Positions 9,840 to 20,497 of a stretch of DNA of 64,000 nucleotides are shown piece by piece. The position numbers and the translations under genes were made by a program. The stretch is from assembly GCA_024278835.1 (NCBI GenBank), contig JAJRSK010000053.1:21658-85657 (forward strand), in the 5' to 3' direction. This DNA is from Campylobacterales bacterium (GTDB lineage: Bacteria; Campylobacterota; Campylobacteria; Campylobacterales; QNZT01). Below the pieces are notes generated by a model. The model was not told the DNA's origin, did not search any database, and worked only from the letters and a program-made list of their open reading frames with translations. How positions within the stretch are numbered: the first letter of the stretch is position 1; every line of letters starts with the position of its first letter.

Positions 9840-10547
9840 ATGGACTCTATCAATCTACTCTCTATCATGACCATTGCCTTTTTAGGCTCATTTGGACACT
9901 GCGTAGGGATGTGTGGCGGTATTGTAGTCGCATATACCAGTACCAAAGTAGATGAAAAATGGTCAAAAACCACCCAAGCTTTTGCGCATTTCACCTACTC
10001 TTTGGGGCGTGTGAGCACATATGTACTCTTAGGTGCGCTCTTTGGTTATCTCGGTGGTGTGGCAACGTTTAACAACTATACCAATGGTGGCTTACTCGTC
10101 TTTGCCGGGGTCATCATGATACTAGCGGGGCTCTCTTTGATGGGTAAGGTCAAGTTTCTCACACTCATCGAACACTCTTTTTCAAAGTCCGAATGGTATC
10201 AAAAAAGTTTTCGCTCCCTATTGCACTCTAAAACACTCTTTTCTTTTTATCTATTGGGAATGTTAAACGGGCTTTTACCTTGTGGTTTTGTCTACTTTTT
10301 TGCCATCACTGCGGCAAGTACTGGTAGTGCACTTTGGGGTGCGATAGTGATGTTAGTATTTGGTTTGAGTACTATTCCTGCGATGTTTTCTATGGGATTT
10401 TTTGTGGGTCTATTTAAACAAAGTTCTTTTCGCTCACTTATGATAAAGTTCGCTTCCATCGCGGTCATAGGCTACGGATTGTTTACTATCTATAATGGAT
10501 ATGGATTTATTACAGATCCAACAAGGACGTTGTTACACTGTCACTGA
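9840..10547 (+). CDS. Sulfite exporter TauE/SafE or DsbD_2-family membrane protein
   Basis: GSFGHCVGMCGG, GRVSTY and GMLNGLLPCGFVY motifs. Confidence 0.85.
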   Translation: MDSINLLSIMTIAFLGSFGHCVGMCGGIVVAYTSTKVDEKWSKTTQAFAHFTYSLGRVSTYVLLGALFGYLGGVATFNNYTNGGLLVFAGVIMILAGLSLMGKVKFLTLIEHSFSKSEWYQKSFRSLLHSKTLFSFYLLGMLNGLLPCGFVYFFAITAASTGSALWGAIVMLVFGLSTIPAMFSMGFFVGLFKQSSFRSLMIKFASIAVIGYGLFTIYNGYGFITDPTRTLLHCH

Positions 10548-11200
10548 TGCTTATCATGATAGGGCGTTGGTTCCTTCAGTGAGATACGTCCTTTGCTTCT
10601 TCTTGCTACCGTATCTCTGTAAATCCATGCTTTTTTTATCTCTTCCCGACTCTCACAAGAAAGTTGAGGCTTCTCATACATTCCCTTGGCCTCTCTTTGC
10701 CCTTGTGCCTCATAAAGTACCAGTGCTGTAGCTACAGAGACATTAAGACTTTGTACCATGCCTTGCATGGGGATTGTGATGGTTTTGTCTGCTAACATGA
10801 TAAGCTCTTGCGAAACACCGTCTTTTTCGTTACCCACTATCATGATAGTAGGTAAGGTATAATCCACCTCTCTAAAAGAGATAGCATTTTTATCTAAGTG
10901 CGTAACAATCAGCTGATACCCTTGGGAGTGCTTTTGCTTTAAAAATTGAATCTTCTTCTCTTCATCTATCCTAAAACGATTTACCCAGCGGTGGGCACCT
11001 TGGGTGATAACTTTATGTGTATGAAAATGATTATTATCTTTATGGGTATAAAAAAGTTCTAGTACCCCAACAGCGTCACAGCTTCGAACGATAGCAGAAA
11101 GATTGTGAGCGTCGTGGACATCTTCCAAAAAAAGTAGTAGCGTGGGTTGCTTATTTTGTAGTGTTTTATCTATCTTTTCTTGACGTTTTTCACTATTCAT
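10541..11200 (-). CDS. trmH: tRNA (guanosine-2'-O)-methyltransferase, SpoU family
   Basis: HNLSAIVRSCDAVG, GNEKDGVS, IPMQGMVQSLNVSVA. Confidence 0.88.
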   Translation of the reverse strand: MNSEKRQEKIDKTLQNKQPTLLLFLEDVHDAHNLSAIVRSCDAVGVLELFYTHKDNNHFHTHKVITQGAHRWVNRFRIDEEKKIQFLKQKHSQGYQLIVTHLDKNAISFREVDYTLPTIMIVGNEKDGVSQELIMLADKTITIPMQGMVQSLNVSVATALVLYEAQGQREAKGMYEKPQLSCESREEIKKAWIYRDTVARRSKGRISLKEPTPYHDKHQ

Positions 11201-11205
11201 TTGTG

Positions 11206-11559
11206 TCAGTCATCTAACTCATCCAGTACTTCTACCTGATAGTGTATCAATTCTAATTCTCTTTTGAGATGGGAATTTTCTTCTTTTAGGGCTGTGTAAG
11301 TATGGTATAAACCATTGATTTTTTTACTGCTATAGTAGATTTGGTTACTGATATATATCTTTGGAAGTAGTAAAAGAAGGACGGTAAAAATAGTGATAAA
11401 AACAAAGATGAGATTTTTAAAAGAGATATTTTCTGCCTCATTTAAGGCTTCATCATACTCTTCTAAAAGTAAATCTTTTTCGCGCATATCACTCTCAGTT
11501 GGTACGAAAAATTCTGAGTTTGGAGCTTCTACTTCTAAGGTTTTTTGCAATCTCTTCAC
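11206..11559 (-). CDS. FtsL-like bitopic coiled-coil protein
   Basis: Single TM then coiled coil (LKEENSHLKRELE); directly downstream of rsmH. Confidence 0.6.
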   Translation of the reverse strand: MKRLQKTLEVEAPNSEFFVPTESDMREKDLLLEEYDEALNEAENISFKNLIFVFITIFTVLLLLLPKIYISNQIYYSSKKINGLYHTYTALKEENSHLKRELELIHYQVEVLDELDD

Positions 11560-12406
11560 CTGTTGGGATAATCGGTTTTTTTGTCACAATTTTACCTATA
11601 TCATGATTGTTTCCACAAAGACAACGCATCACTTCTGGTGGACAAATACAGCTTTGACTCCACTCACGAAATGTCTGTTTCACGATACGATCTTCGAGGG
11701 AGTGAAAAGAGATTATAGCCACTAAACATTTAGATAGTTTTAAATTCCTAATAGAATCTAACAATTCTTTTAATTCTCCCAACTCATCATTGACTTCAAT
11801 ACGTATGGCTTGAAAAGGTAAAGTAGCAGGATGAATCTTCTTTGCATACAGATGCTTGGCGATAAATTCGCTTAGCTCTTTAGCAGATTCAAAATATTTC
11901 TCTTCTCTTTTTTTTACTATCAAATCAGCCAATTTTTTATATTCTCTCACTTCACCATAAACTTTAAAAATCTCTTCTAACTCTTCTCTTGTATAATGAT
12001 TCACAACATCATAGGCACTTAGTGCATGTTGAGGATCCATGCGCATATCCAAAATTTCGCTCTCAAAAGAAAATCCCCGACTCATTTTATCCAGCTGCAA
12101 AGAGGAGATACCAATATCTGCCAAAATACCTTTTATATCATAACCCTCAAACTCTTTTATTATAGTAGAAAAGCGTCCTTTGGCGAAAATTATCCTATCA
12201 TGATAGCCCTCTAGCCTCTTTTTGGAAAATGCCAAAGCTTCTTCATCTTGATCTATACAAATCATTTTTATATTGGGGTTTGATGCGAGGATTAGTTCAC
12301 TATGTCCACCATAGCCAACCGTACAATCTACGACATAGCCCTCTTTGATGTCAGCAAAAATTGCCTCTACTTCTGTAGGTAATACGGGAATATGTGGTAT
12401 TTGCAA
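11495..12406 (-). CDS. rsmH: 16S rRNA m4C1402 methyltransferase
   Basis: HIPVL, DCTVGYGGHS, DIGISSLQLD, FQAIRIEVNDEL, ISFHSLEDRIVK. Confidence 0.96.
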   Translation of the reverse strand: MQIPHIPVLPTEVEAIFADIKEGYVVDCTVGYGGHSELILASNPNIKMICIDQDEEALAFSKKRLEGYHDRIIFAKGRFSTIIKEFEGYDIKGILADIGISSLQLDKMSRGFSFESEILDMRMDPQHALSAYDVVNHYTREELEEIFKVYGEVREYKKLADLIVKKREEKYFESAKELSEFIAKHLYAKKIHPATLPFQAIRIEVNDELGELKELLDSIRNLKLSKCLVAIISFHSLEDRIVKQTFREWSQSCICPPEVMRCLCGNNHDIGKIVTKKPIIPTGEEIAKNLRSRSSKLRIFRTN

Positions 12407-12482
12407 ATGAGACCTTTTTTAGAATATTATAACAAATTCGTTATAATTCTAACAAAATTAGCTAGCAAAAAGGGAAATCTCC

Positions 12483-13079
12483 ATGGAAATACACCTCGTA
12501 CAAGAGTTAAAAGCAGCTTCACTCTCCATGTTTTCTAAAAACTTTGTAGGTATATTTCATGGTTCAATCTCAGCCAAAGTAGAAGATGGTAAATTTATCA
12601 TCAATGAACGGGATTCAATCTTTGATCACTTAGAGGATGAAGACTTCATCGAACTCTATACCAAAAAAGATTATCGTTGGACGAGTGCTAGTATTGATGC
12701 GGATATTCATCTTCATATCTATCAAAATATCTCCGAAGCAAAATATATTGCCTATACAATGGCACCTTTTATGACAGCGTACGCTATGAAACATGACATC
12801 ATCATTCCAAAAGATTATTTTGGAGATCAAATAATCGGAGAGCTTGCTGTCTATGACCCTGGTAACTTTGATACTTGGTATGATAGGGCAAAAGATGAAA
12901 TATATAGACATTTTGAAGACACTGATACCGACATGATGATTATCCGTGGGTATGGACTCTATGCCCATTGTCGAGATTTAAATACTTTAATTAAAAAAAT
13001 CGCTATTTTAGAAAACTCTTGTAAGATGCTACACCGTGGTACCCTAGAAAAAAACACTAGAAACTTCTCTATATCTTAA
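12483..13079 (+). CDS. Class II aldolase/adducin N-terminal domain protein
   Basis: FHGSISAK and ASIDADIH.HIY motifs. Confidence 0.75.
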   Translation: MEIHLVQELKAASLSMFSKNFVGIFHGSISAKVEDGKFIINERDSIFDHLEDEDFIELYTKKDYRWTSASIDADIHLHIYQNISEAKYIAYTMAPFMTAYAMKHDIIIPKDYFGDQIIGELAVYDPGNFDTWYDRAKDEIYRHFEDTDTDMMIIRGYGLYAHCRDLNTLIKKIAILENSCKMLHRGTLEKNTRNFSIS

Positions 13080-13201
13080 ATTTTTATAAACCTAAACATA
13101 TAGAATATAAAATTAGGTTTAACTCAGTAAAAACTATAAAGGGTTTTAACTTTTTAGACTATAATGTATTATTATTTATAAATTAAAAGTTAGGGTTATT
13201 G

Positions 13202-14665
13202 ATGATCACATGGATGCAAACGCATAGAAAGTATTTAGTTCCAACAATTTGGATAAGCACTATCGCCTTTGTTGGCGCTGGTTTCGTGGGCTGGGGTGCT
13301 TATGACTATGGAAAGAATAAAAGTGACACCGTGGCACTTGTGGGTGAAAAAGTAGTTAGCGTCAGTGAACTACAGAGTTCTTACTCTAAACTATTTTCTT
13401 ACTACAATCAAGTTTTTGGTGGTACACTTACACAAGAAAAAGCAACACAACTCAACCTTCAAGGTATTGCATTAGAGCAGTTGACGAACCAAGCATTGCT
13501 ACTTAACTACGCAAATGAACTTGGAATCAAGGCACTTGACTCTGAAGTGATCGACCAATACACTTCTATCAAAGCATTTCAAGAAAATGGTGTTTTTAAT
13601 AAAGATACTTATGAAAAGGTACTTCGGGCACAAGGCTTGGATAAAAAATCTTTTGAAAAAGAGTTAGAAAAAAGTGTCATCTTAAAAAAGATGCAAGCAA
13701 TTCTTACACTTCCTGCAACAGAACTTGAAGAAGAAGTTACTTTTTCTGCTTCTTCTTTAGCAGATCACCTCCTCATCAAAAAAATTACCCAAGATTTATC
13801 CGCCATCACTATCGGTGAAGAAGAGTTGAAAAAAGCATGGGAAGATAGCAAAAATGACTATATGAGTCTTATCTCTTATCAACTTGAAACTATCAAAGTA
13901 CCGGCAAGTGATATCACAGTAACAGATACGCAAGTAACAGAATTTTATAATGAGAAAAAATTCAAATTTAAAGATAGCGATGGGAAAATATTAAGCTTTG
14001 AAAAAGCAAAAGATGCTGTGACTAAAGCCACGCAACTAAAAGGAGCTAAAACGGCTGTACTCAAAAAATACCTTGCCTTTAAAAAAGGTGAGATTAGCGC
14101 AGACAACGTGATAAAGGTTGATGCCACAAGTAGTGACTTTCCTTTCCAAGAGCTTAAAGATAAACAAGATGGTTCATACCTCAAAGCAATTGCTTTGGAA
14201 GATGGATACATGACAGCTAGAGTTAAGTCTATCACACAACCACAACCGCTCTCTTTTGAAGATGCTAAAGAGAAAGTTGAAAAAAGATTGCGTCAAGCAA
14301 AAGCAAATGTACTACTGGAAGAAAAAGCTAAAGCCCAAAGTGGAGCACTTAGTGATGGCAAAGACCTTGGATTTATCACAATGAAAGATAGTGATAAGCT
14401 TGAAGGGATTAACCCTCAAGAAGCATCGCAGTTTTTACGCTATGTTTTTTCCAAAGATGATAAAAAGGGTTATTTTATTTCGGGGAATAGTGCCATCGTC
14501 TACAATATAAAAGAGCAAAAACTTTTTGATGCGGAAAAGTTTACAGCCCAAAAAGAGGCAATTGCTAAAGAAGTTGCAAAGATGAAAGAAAATGCCCTAG
14601 AACGTGGATTGGTAAAAGAGTTAAAGAAAAGATATACAATCCAAACATTTTTAAAGGAAGGATAA
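13202..14665 (+). CDS. SurA N-terminal / PpiD-like periplasmic chaperone
   Basis: MITWMQTHRKYLVPTIWISTIAFVGAGFVGWG anchor, FQENGVFNKDTY; lies upstream of ftsA. Confidence 0.85.
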   Translation: MITWMQTHRKYLVPTIWISTIAFVGAGFVGWGAYDYGKNKSDTVALVGEKVVSVSELQSSYSKLFSYYNQVFGGTLTQEKATQLNLQGIALEQLTNQALLLNYANELGIKALDSEVIDQYTSIKAFQENGVFNKDTYEKVLRAQGLDKKSFEKELEKSVILKKMQAILTLPATELEEEVTFSASSLADHLLIKKITQDLSAITIGEEELKKAWEDSKNDYMSLISYQLETIKVPASDITVTDTQVTEFYNEKKFKFKDSDGKILSFEKAKDAVTKATQLKGAKTAVLKKYLAFKKGEISADNVIKVDATSSDFPFQELKDKQDGSYLKAIALEDGYMTARVKSITQPQPLSFEDAKEKVEKRLRQAKANVLLEEKAKAQSGALSDGKDLGFITMKDSDKLEGINPQEASQFLRYVFSKDDKKGYFISGNSAIVYNIKEQKLFDAEKFTAQKEAIAKEVAKMKENALERGLVKELKKRYTIQTFLKEG

Positions 14666-14666
14666 G

Positions 14667-16043
14667 TTGAGTATGATTATTTTAAGCGTCGATATCGGAT
14701 CTACTAAGATATGCGCCATTATCGCTCAAAAGAGTGAAGATGGCATCAAAATTCTTGGAGCTGGTATCTCAAAATCTCAGGGTATCAAAAAAGGTATTAT
14801 CACAAACATAGAACTTGCATCAAGATCGATTAAGCATGCTATCAATGATGCTAAACGTGTGGCAGGTACACACTATGATAGAGTTGTTGTCTCCATCTCT
14901 GGTGCTTACACAAAAAGCGTAGATAGTTATGGTGTAGTCAATGTACCAAACAAAGAGATTGGTATCAAAGAAATCAATCGTGTTTTACAGATGGCAGACC
15001 ACAATGCAAATATCCCAAACGAATATGAAAAGCTACATGTATTACCCTATAATTTCAAAGTAGACGAGCACTCAAATATTGATGATCCTCTTGGCATGAA
15101 TGGTTCTCGTTTAGAAGTACAAGTGCACATCATTACCGTGCTAAAATCAAGCTTAAACAATCTCAAAAAAGCGGTTAAGTCTGCTTCTATAGAGATAGAC
15201 AATATCGTCTTAAATGGATATGCTTCTAGCATCGCTGTTTTAAATGAAGATGAAAAAGAATTAGGTGTTGCCGTGATAGATTTAGGTGGTGCTACGTCAA
15301 ATATTGCGATACATTTAGGAAATTCTATCCGCTATAATGACTTTTTAGGTGTAGGAAGTAATAACGTCACAAATGACCTTTCTATGGCACTTCACACCCC
15401 TATCGGTGCAGCTGAGAGAGTCAAGATAGACTATGGAAGCTTAAAGTCTGACTCTAATGATATCATCGAATTGCCTTCTATAGGTGACGAGTCAAATAGC
15501 AATGATGTCTCTTTAGAAATTGTTACTAATGTCATCTATGCAAGGGTTGAAGAGACCTTGATGATTATAGCAAAATCCATAGACGACAGTGGCTTTAGAG
15601 ATCAATTAGGGGCAGGTATCGTACTCACAGGTGGCTTAACCAAACTTGATGGAATTAGAGAATTAGCACAAGCTATATTTAATAATATGCCGGTAAGATT
15701 AGCCAAGCCAAATGAACATACTATCGAGGGAATGTTTGACACACTCAAAGGCCCTGAGTTTGCAACATCGATAGGTCTGCTTCTTTATGGTACGGGTGGG
15801 TTTACACCTTATGAAATGGATTCTCAGAGGAAACTTCGTTATAAAGATGAAACAATTGAGCCTAGTAAAAATCCAGCAAACTTCGAAGAAGAGGAACAAG
15901 AGGTAAGTAACTTTAACTCTCTTAAAAATGACCTAGAGATAAGTGACAGAAATGATGACTTTACTATTGATGATCTTGTTGGTAGAGATTCTAAGGATAG
16001 TGGTTTACAAAAATTGTGGAATAAAATCACACAACTATTTTAA
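14667..16043 (+). CDS. ftsA: Cell division protein FtsA
   Basis: DIGSTKICA, IDLGGATS, GIVLTGG; precedes ftsZ. Confidence 0.97.
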   Translation: MSMIILSVDIGSTKICAIIAQKSEDGIKILGAGISKSQGIKKGIITNIELASRSIKHAINDAKRVAGTHYDRVVVSISGAYTKSVDSYGVVNVPNKEIGIKEINRVLQMADHNANIPNEYEKLHVLPYNFKVDEHSNIDDPLGMNGSRLEVQVHIITVLKSSLNNLKKAVKSASIEIDNIVLNGYASSIAVLNEDEKELGVAVIDLGGATSNIAIHLGNSIRYNDFLGVGSNNVTNDLSMALHTPIGAAERVKIDYGSLKSDSNDIIELPSIGDESNSNDVSLEIVTNVIYARVEETLMIIAKSIDDSGFRDQLGAGIVLTGGLTKLDGIRELAQAIFNNMPVRLAKPNEHTIEGMFDTLKGPEFATSIGLLLYGTGGFTPYEMDSQRKLRYKDETIEPSKNPANFEEEEQEVSNFNSLKNDLEISDRNDDFTIDDLVGRDSKDSGLQKLWNKITQLF

Positions 16044-16070
16044 AAAATTGATTAAAAAAGAGGAGAAGAA

Positions 16071-17201
16071 ATGTCTAAAAAAATTAGTCCAGTTATAGGT
16101 GCAAAAATCAAAGTTATCGGTGTCGGTGGTGGCGGTGGTAATATGATTAATCATATGATTTCACAAGGTATTGGTGAAATAGAGCTTATTGCAGCAAATA
16201 CAGATGCACAAGCACTTGAAGCTTCACTCGCTGATAAAAAGATCCAGCTAGGTGAAAGAAAGACTAGAGGTCTTGGTGCTGGCATGAAACCTGAAGTGGG
16301 TAAAAATGCTGCCTTAGAGAGTTTTGAAGATTTAAAAGAATCTATGGAAGGTTCAGATATCGTTTTCATCGCAACTGGTATGGGTGGAGGAACAGGTACT
16401 GGTGCTACACCGGTAGTAGCACAAGCAGCTAAAGAAGTTGGTGCCTTAACTGTTTCTGTCGTCACTAAACCATTTGCTTTTGAAGGTAGAAAGAGAACTA
16501 AATTGGCTGATTTAGGTATCGAAGACTTGAAAAAAGAGAGTGATTCTATCGTCGTTATCCCAAATGATAAACTTCTCTCTATTGTTGATAAGAACTTGGG
16601 CATCAAAGAGAGTTTCAGACTTGTTGATGACATTCTTGCCCGTGCTGTTGGTGGTATGAGTGCCGTTGTTCTTTCACATGGTGCAAATGATATCAACCTC
16701 GATTTTGCCGATGTACAAACAGTTATGAGTCATAAAGGTATGGCGATTCTTGGTGTTGGTGAAGCAGAGGGTGACGAATCAGCAGTTGAAGCGGTTAAAA
16801 ATGCTATCGAGTCTCCACTCCTTGATAACTTATCAATTAATGGTGCTATGGGTGTACTTGTACACTTTCACATCAATCCAAACTTCCCATTAACGCAAAT
16901 TCAAGCGGCTATGGAAATCATTTATGATAGTGCTGATGAAGATGCTGATGTTATCTTTGGTACAACAACAAATGAAAGTTTTTCTGAAAATGAAGTCAAA
17001 ATCACTATCGTTGCTACTGGTTTTGACTCAAAAGAAGAAATTTTACCGGCAAACACAGTAACAACAAATGTGATTCAAGAAGTCGCAACACAAGCACAAA
17101 AGGTGAGAACGCCTCAGGTAAGAAAGATAAGTGGCGGTGGTGACTATGTAGATACCACAGACTTGGACTACCCTACTTTTCTTAGAAGACAAATGGACTA
17201 A
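16071..17201 (+). CDS. ftsZ: Cell division protein FtsZ
   Basis: GVGGGGGN, GMGGGTGTG, NLDFADV, C-terminal DYPTFLRRQMD. Confidence 0.99.
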   Translation: MSKKISPVIGAKIKVIGVGGGGGNMINHMISQGIGEIELIAANTDAQALEASLADKKIQLGERKTRGLGAGMKPEVGKNAALESFEDLKESMEGSDIVFIATGMGGGTGTGATPVVAQAAKEVGALTVSVVTKPFAFEGRKRTKLADLGIEDLKKESDSIVVIPNDKLLSIVDKNLGIKESFRLVDDILARAVGGMSAVVLSHGANDINLDFADVQTVMSHKGMAILGVGEAEGDESAVEAVKNAIESPLLDNLSINGAMGVLVHFHINPNFPLTQIQAAMEIIYDSADEDADVIFGTTTNESFSENEVKITIVATGFDSKEEILPANTVTTNVIQEVATQAQKVRTPQVRKISGGGDYVDTTDLDYPTFLRRQMD

Positions 17202-17225
17202 AAAGAAAATTCTCCTTTTCTTTTC

Positions 17226-17251
17226 AGCGCGATGGGCTTTTCCATCGTGCT
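17226..17251. terminator. Hairpin between convergent ftsZ and the Sel1 gene
   Basis: AGCGCGATGGG-cttt-TCCATCGTGCT stem-loop. Confidence 0.6.
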
Positions 17252-17256
17252 ATTAA

Positions 17257-17754
17257 CTAATCTGCTCTCGCTTGATACTCTAACTCTTTTTTACTATACT
17301 GTACATTTGACAACCACTTAAACGCTTCATCCATATCTTTTTTGATTTCCCCTTTTCCTTCTTTATAAATCATGGCTAAATTATACTGAGAAAGGATATC
17401 ACCTTGAACTGCTGCTTTTTTATACAGTGTAACAGCTCTAGGCATATTAGCTGCTACTTTAATGCCGTTTTCATACATAAAACCCAAAAGATATTGTGCT
17501 TCTGCATCACCAGTATTTGCTGCTTTTGATATCCAGTAAAATGCTTTTTTCACATCTACATCAGTTCCTATGCCGTCAAGATACATTTCTCCTAAAAGCG
17601 TTTGCGAATCCACATCCCCACTCTTTGCTAATTGAAAAAATGTCTCATACGCTTTTAAATCTTTTTTACCATCCAAATCACTTAATCCGCTTTTAAAATC
17701 ACTAGCCATTAAGCCTACTGTGACACATAATGCCCCTAAAAATACTTTTTTCAT
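17257..17754 (-). CDS. Sel1/TPR repeat exported protein
   Basis: Signal peptide plus 3 Sel1 repeats (LGEMYLDGIG, LGFMYENGI, LAMIYKEGKG). Confidence 0.9.
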   Translation of the reverse strand: MKKVFLGALCVTVGLMASDFKSGLSDLDGKKDLKAYETFFQLAKSGDVDSQTLLGEMYLDGIGTDVDVKKAFYWISKAANTGDAEAQYLLGFMYENGIKVAANMPRAVTLYKKAAVQGDILSQYNLAMIYKEGKGEIKKDMDEAFKWLSNVQYSKKELEYQARAD

Positions 17755-17874
17755 ATCTATCTCTCCTATAAGTTATTACTCACAGATCGACCAAAGGTAA
17801 TATATATATACCTTAGTATGGAAATTTTTATGATATTAGGGGATTTTTTACATTGTTTGGTAATATTTACTCAC

Positions 17875-18744
17875 TTAGTCAATAAATCTTTTCGTTATTT
17901 TATCATATGCATCTATTCTTCTATCTCTTAAAAATGGCCATATGCGTCTAGTCTCTTCTGCCTTTTGCATATCCACTTCCACGACTGCCACCTCTGCTTG
18001 TTGCCCACAACGGTGCAGATACTCACCCTGTGCCCCTACGATAAAAGAGTTTCCCCAAAATGAGATACCAGACATCACACCTGAATCATCTTTTTCAAAT
18101 CCAACACGATTAACTGCTACCAAAGGTAAAGCGTTTGCTATGGCATGACCTCGTTGCACCGTACCCCACGCATCTAGTTGTCTCTCTTTCTCCTCTTGGC
18201 TATCTTCATCAAACCATCCAATCGCCGTAGGATATAGTAGTATCTCAGCCCCTTTAAGCGCCATCAAACGTGCTGCTTCAGGATACCATTGATCCCAGCA
18301 GATAAGCACACCTAACTTTCCAACACTTGTATCAATAGGCTCAAATCCTAAATCACCTGGTGTAAAATAAAACTTTTCATAAAAACCAGGATCATCAGGA
18401 ATATGCATCTTTCTATATTTTCCTGCGATGGTGCCATCTTTTTCAAAAACTACTGCCGTATTATGATAAAGTCCAATAGCTCTTTTTTCAAAAAGAGACG
18501 TAACCAGAACTACTGCATACTCTTTGGCAACTTTAGCCCAAAACACCAAAGTCTCCTCAAAGTCATCTGCCAAATCAAAATTATCCACATTTTCGCTTTG
18601 ACAAAAATAGTGATTCTCATGCAACTCTTGTAATATGATAAGCTCTGCACCTTTAGCTTTAGCTTCAGTAATCTTTGCAATTGTTTCTTCCCGCATACTA
18701 CTCTTCTCACCAGTAAATGAGAGCTGTATCATGCCTATTTTCAT
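17875..18744 (-). CDS. aguB: Carbon-nitrogen hydrolase, N-carbamoylputrescine amidase-like
   Basis: LQELH, YRKMHIPDDPGFYEKFYF, ICWDQWYPEAAR. Confidence 0.8.
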   Translation of the reverse strand: MKIGMIQLSFTGEKSSMREETIAKITEAKAKGAELIILQELHENHYFCQSENVDNFDLADDFEETLVFWAKVAKEYAVVLVTSLFEKRAIGLYHNTAVVFEKDGTIAGKYRKMHIPDDPGFYEKFYFTPGDLGFEPIDTSVGKLGVLICWDQWYPEAARLMALKGAEILLYPTAIGWFDEDSQEEKERQLDAWGTVQRGHAIANALPLVAVNRVGFEKDDSGVMSGISFWGNSFIVGAQGEYLHRCGQQAEVAVVEVDMQKAEETRRIWPFLRDRRIDAYDKITKRFID

Positions 18745-19886
18745 ATCGTCACACCTTGCAAAGCATTGTGTATACTCAACGCTTGCTTATGCGATTTAAC
18801 ATCGTGTACACGCAAGATACTAGCACCCTCTTCTATCGCTTTTAGATGAATCGCCAAAGTTGCAGGCAACCTCTCTTCTACAGGTGTAGGTAAAATCATA
18901 TCTATCATACTTTTTCTACTAGCCCCAATGAGTAACTCTTTTTGAAAATGTCTGAAATGTCCCAGATGTTTTAAAAGCAAAAGATTATGCTCTAGTGTTT
19001 TACCAAATCCCAGTCCAATGTCTAATATCACATCTTTGATACCAAATTGCTCTGCTTTTTGCAGACGCTCATGGAAAAAAGCATCTACCTCAGCGATAAG
19101 ATTGGTATAGTGAGGACTTACCTGCATCGTTTGTGGTGTGCCTTGCATATGCATCAACACAACGGTAGCTTTATACGATGCAGCAAGTTGACATACTTTA
19201 TCAGAACTTAGTCCTGTGATATCATTGACTATCGTAAAGCCCTTATCAAGTGCATACGCCAAAGGTTTTAAAGCATAACTATCTAGACTAAATCGTACTT
19301 TATCAGCGTAGCGACCAAGATAAATGACATCAATAATTTGTTTCACCCTTCTAAACTCTTCATCCTCGCTCACACTCTCCGCACCAGGTCTTGAAGAAAC
19401 AGCACCGATATCTATAATATCCGCTCCTTCCTCTATCATCTTCTCTATCATGATAGAGTGATTTTTTTCATCAACACGACTATTTTGAAAAAAGCTATCT
19501 TCATTGGCATTAAGTACACCCATGATTTTAGGTTCATAAACTCTTAAACGCAGATATTCTTTGAGTGTTAAAGCCAGCGTTTTTAAGCCAAAAGGTTGTG
19601 CTAACTCTTTTTTTGCCAAAATCTTCAACTGTTTATCCGTAGCAATAAGTAAGGCATCCACTGTCTCATCACGGCAAAGTATCGTATCTTTCTCAACTGC
19701 TAGCTCTGCTCCAATAGAGAGGGCATCTTGTTTGAGTATATTAGCAGCAGGAGTCCTGAGGTCTTTTATATAGAAAAAATGTGTCTGCATCTTCTCCATC
19801 ATGATAAACTTACCCTCTCTGGTAGAACCCACTTTTTCTAATAAGGCTTTTTTGTCACTTGTGTTGGAGAGTTTGGTAATTATCAT
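18741..19886 (-). CDS. folP: Dihydropteroate synthase (Campylobacterota long form)
   Basis: MGVLNANEDSF, DIGAVSSRPG, MHMQGTP, GFGKT, GASRKS, RVHDV. Confidence 0.95.
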   Translation of the reverse strand: MIITKLSNTSDKKALLEKVGSTREGKFIMMEKMQTHFFYIKDLRTPAANILKQDALSIGAELAVEKDTILCRDETVDALLIATDKQLKILAKKELAQPFGLKTLALTLKEYLRLRVYEPKIMGVLNANEDSFFQNSRVDEKNHSIMIEKMIEEGADIIDIGAVSSRPGAESVSEDEEFRRVKQIIDVIYLGRYADKVRFSLDSYALKPLAYALDKGFTIVNDITGLSSDKVCQLAASYKATVVLMHMQGTPQTMQVSPHYTNLIAEVDAFFHERLQKAEQFGIKDVILDIGLGFGKTLEHNLLLLKHLGHFRHFQKELLIGASRKSMIDMILPTPVEERLPATLAIHLKAIEEGASILRVHDVKSHKQALSIHNALQGVTI

Positions 19887-20497
19887 GATAGCTTCCTTCC
19901 CCTTGCATGGTATAGCATCAGTAGTAAAGTTGAAAGTATCGTTTGAGGTCTGGTATTTAACTCTGCTAAGAGTAAAGATTTATTAAAAAGTACCAACTCA
20001 CTCTCTCTTAATTTTATCTTTGCCCCAATCAATGAAACTTTTAACATTGTTTCAATCGTATCTTTTAAAACAATTTTTGAGATATTTTTATTTTTCTTTA
20101 AAAAGTTAAAAATATCCCCTAATTCCATCTTCGCGATATCAATTTCCAAGACAAATGGCTCTTTCTCAAATGCCACACTCTCTATCTGCATACGTGAGCG
20201 AATGGTTGGTAAAAGAGCAGTTTTAGACTTTGCAATGAGGATAAAAACGATATTGCGTGGTGGTTCTTCTAAGAGTTTTAAAAGGGCATTTTGCGCTTCT
20301 ATACGATACGTTGTAGCTACGATGATGAGATGTTTTATGCTCTCTTCTGCTATATAGGCTTCCCTCATCACCATCTTGGCATCATCAACTTTAAACTCAT
20401 CACTAAAGTAGACTTTTGTCAGCTTAGAGTCTATACTGGAAAGTATCTGATTCTTTGCATACTCCATGTCCGCACAGGTCACAATCTTCGCTTCCAT
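19883..20497 (-). CDS. holB: DNA polymerase III subunit delta'
   Basis: AQNALLKLLEEPP, LLPTIRSR; hobA-holB-folP synteny. Confidence 0.88.
   Translation of the reverse strand: MEAKIVTCADMEYAKNQILSSIDSKLTKVYFSDEFKVDDAKMVMREAYIAEESIKHLIIVATTYRIEAQNALLKLLEEPPRNIVFILIAKSKTALLPTIRSRMQIESVAFEKEPFVLEIDIAKMELGDIFNFLKKNKNISKIVLKDTIETMLKVSLIGAKIKLRESELVLFNKSLLLAELNTRPQTILSTLLLMLYHARGRKLS

Noticed and set aside
16151-16696. 181-aa ORF antisense to ftsZ and similar short overlapping ORFs, including those within nosZ
   Set aside because: Shadow frames of well-conserved genes with no recognisable motifs
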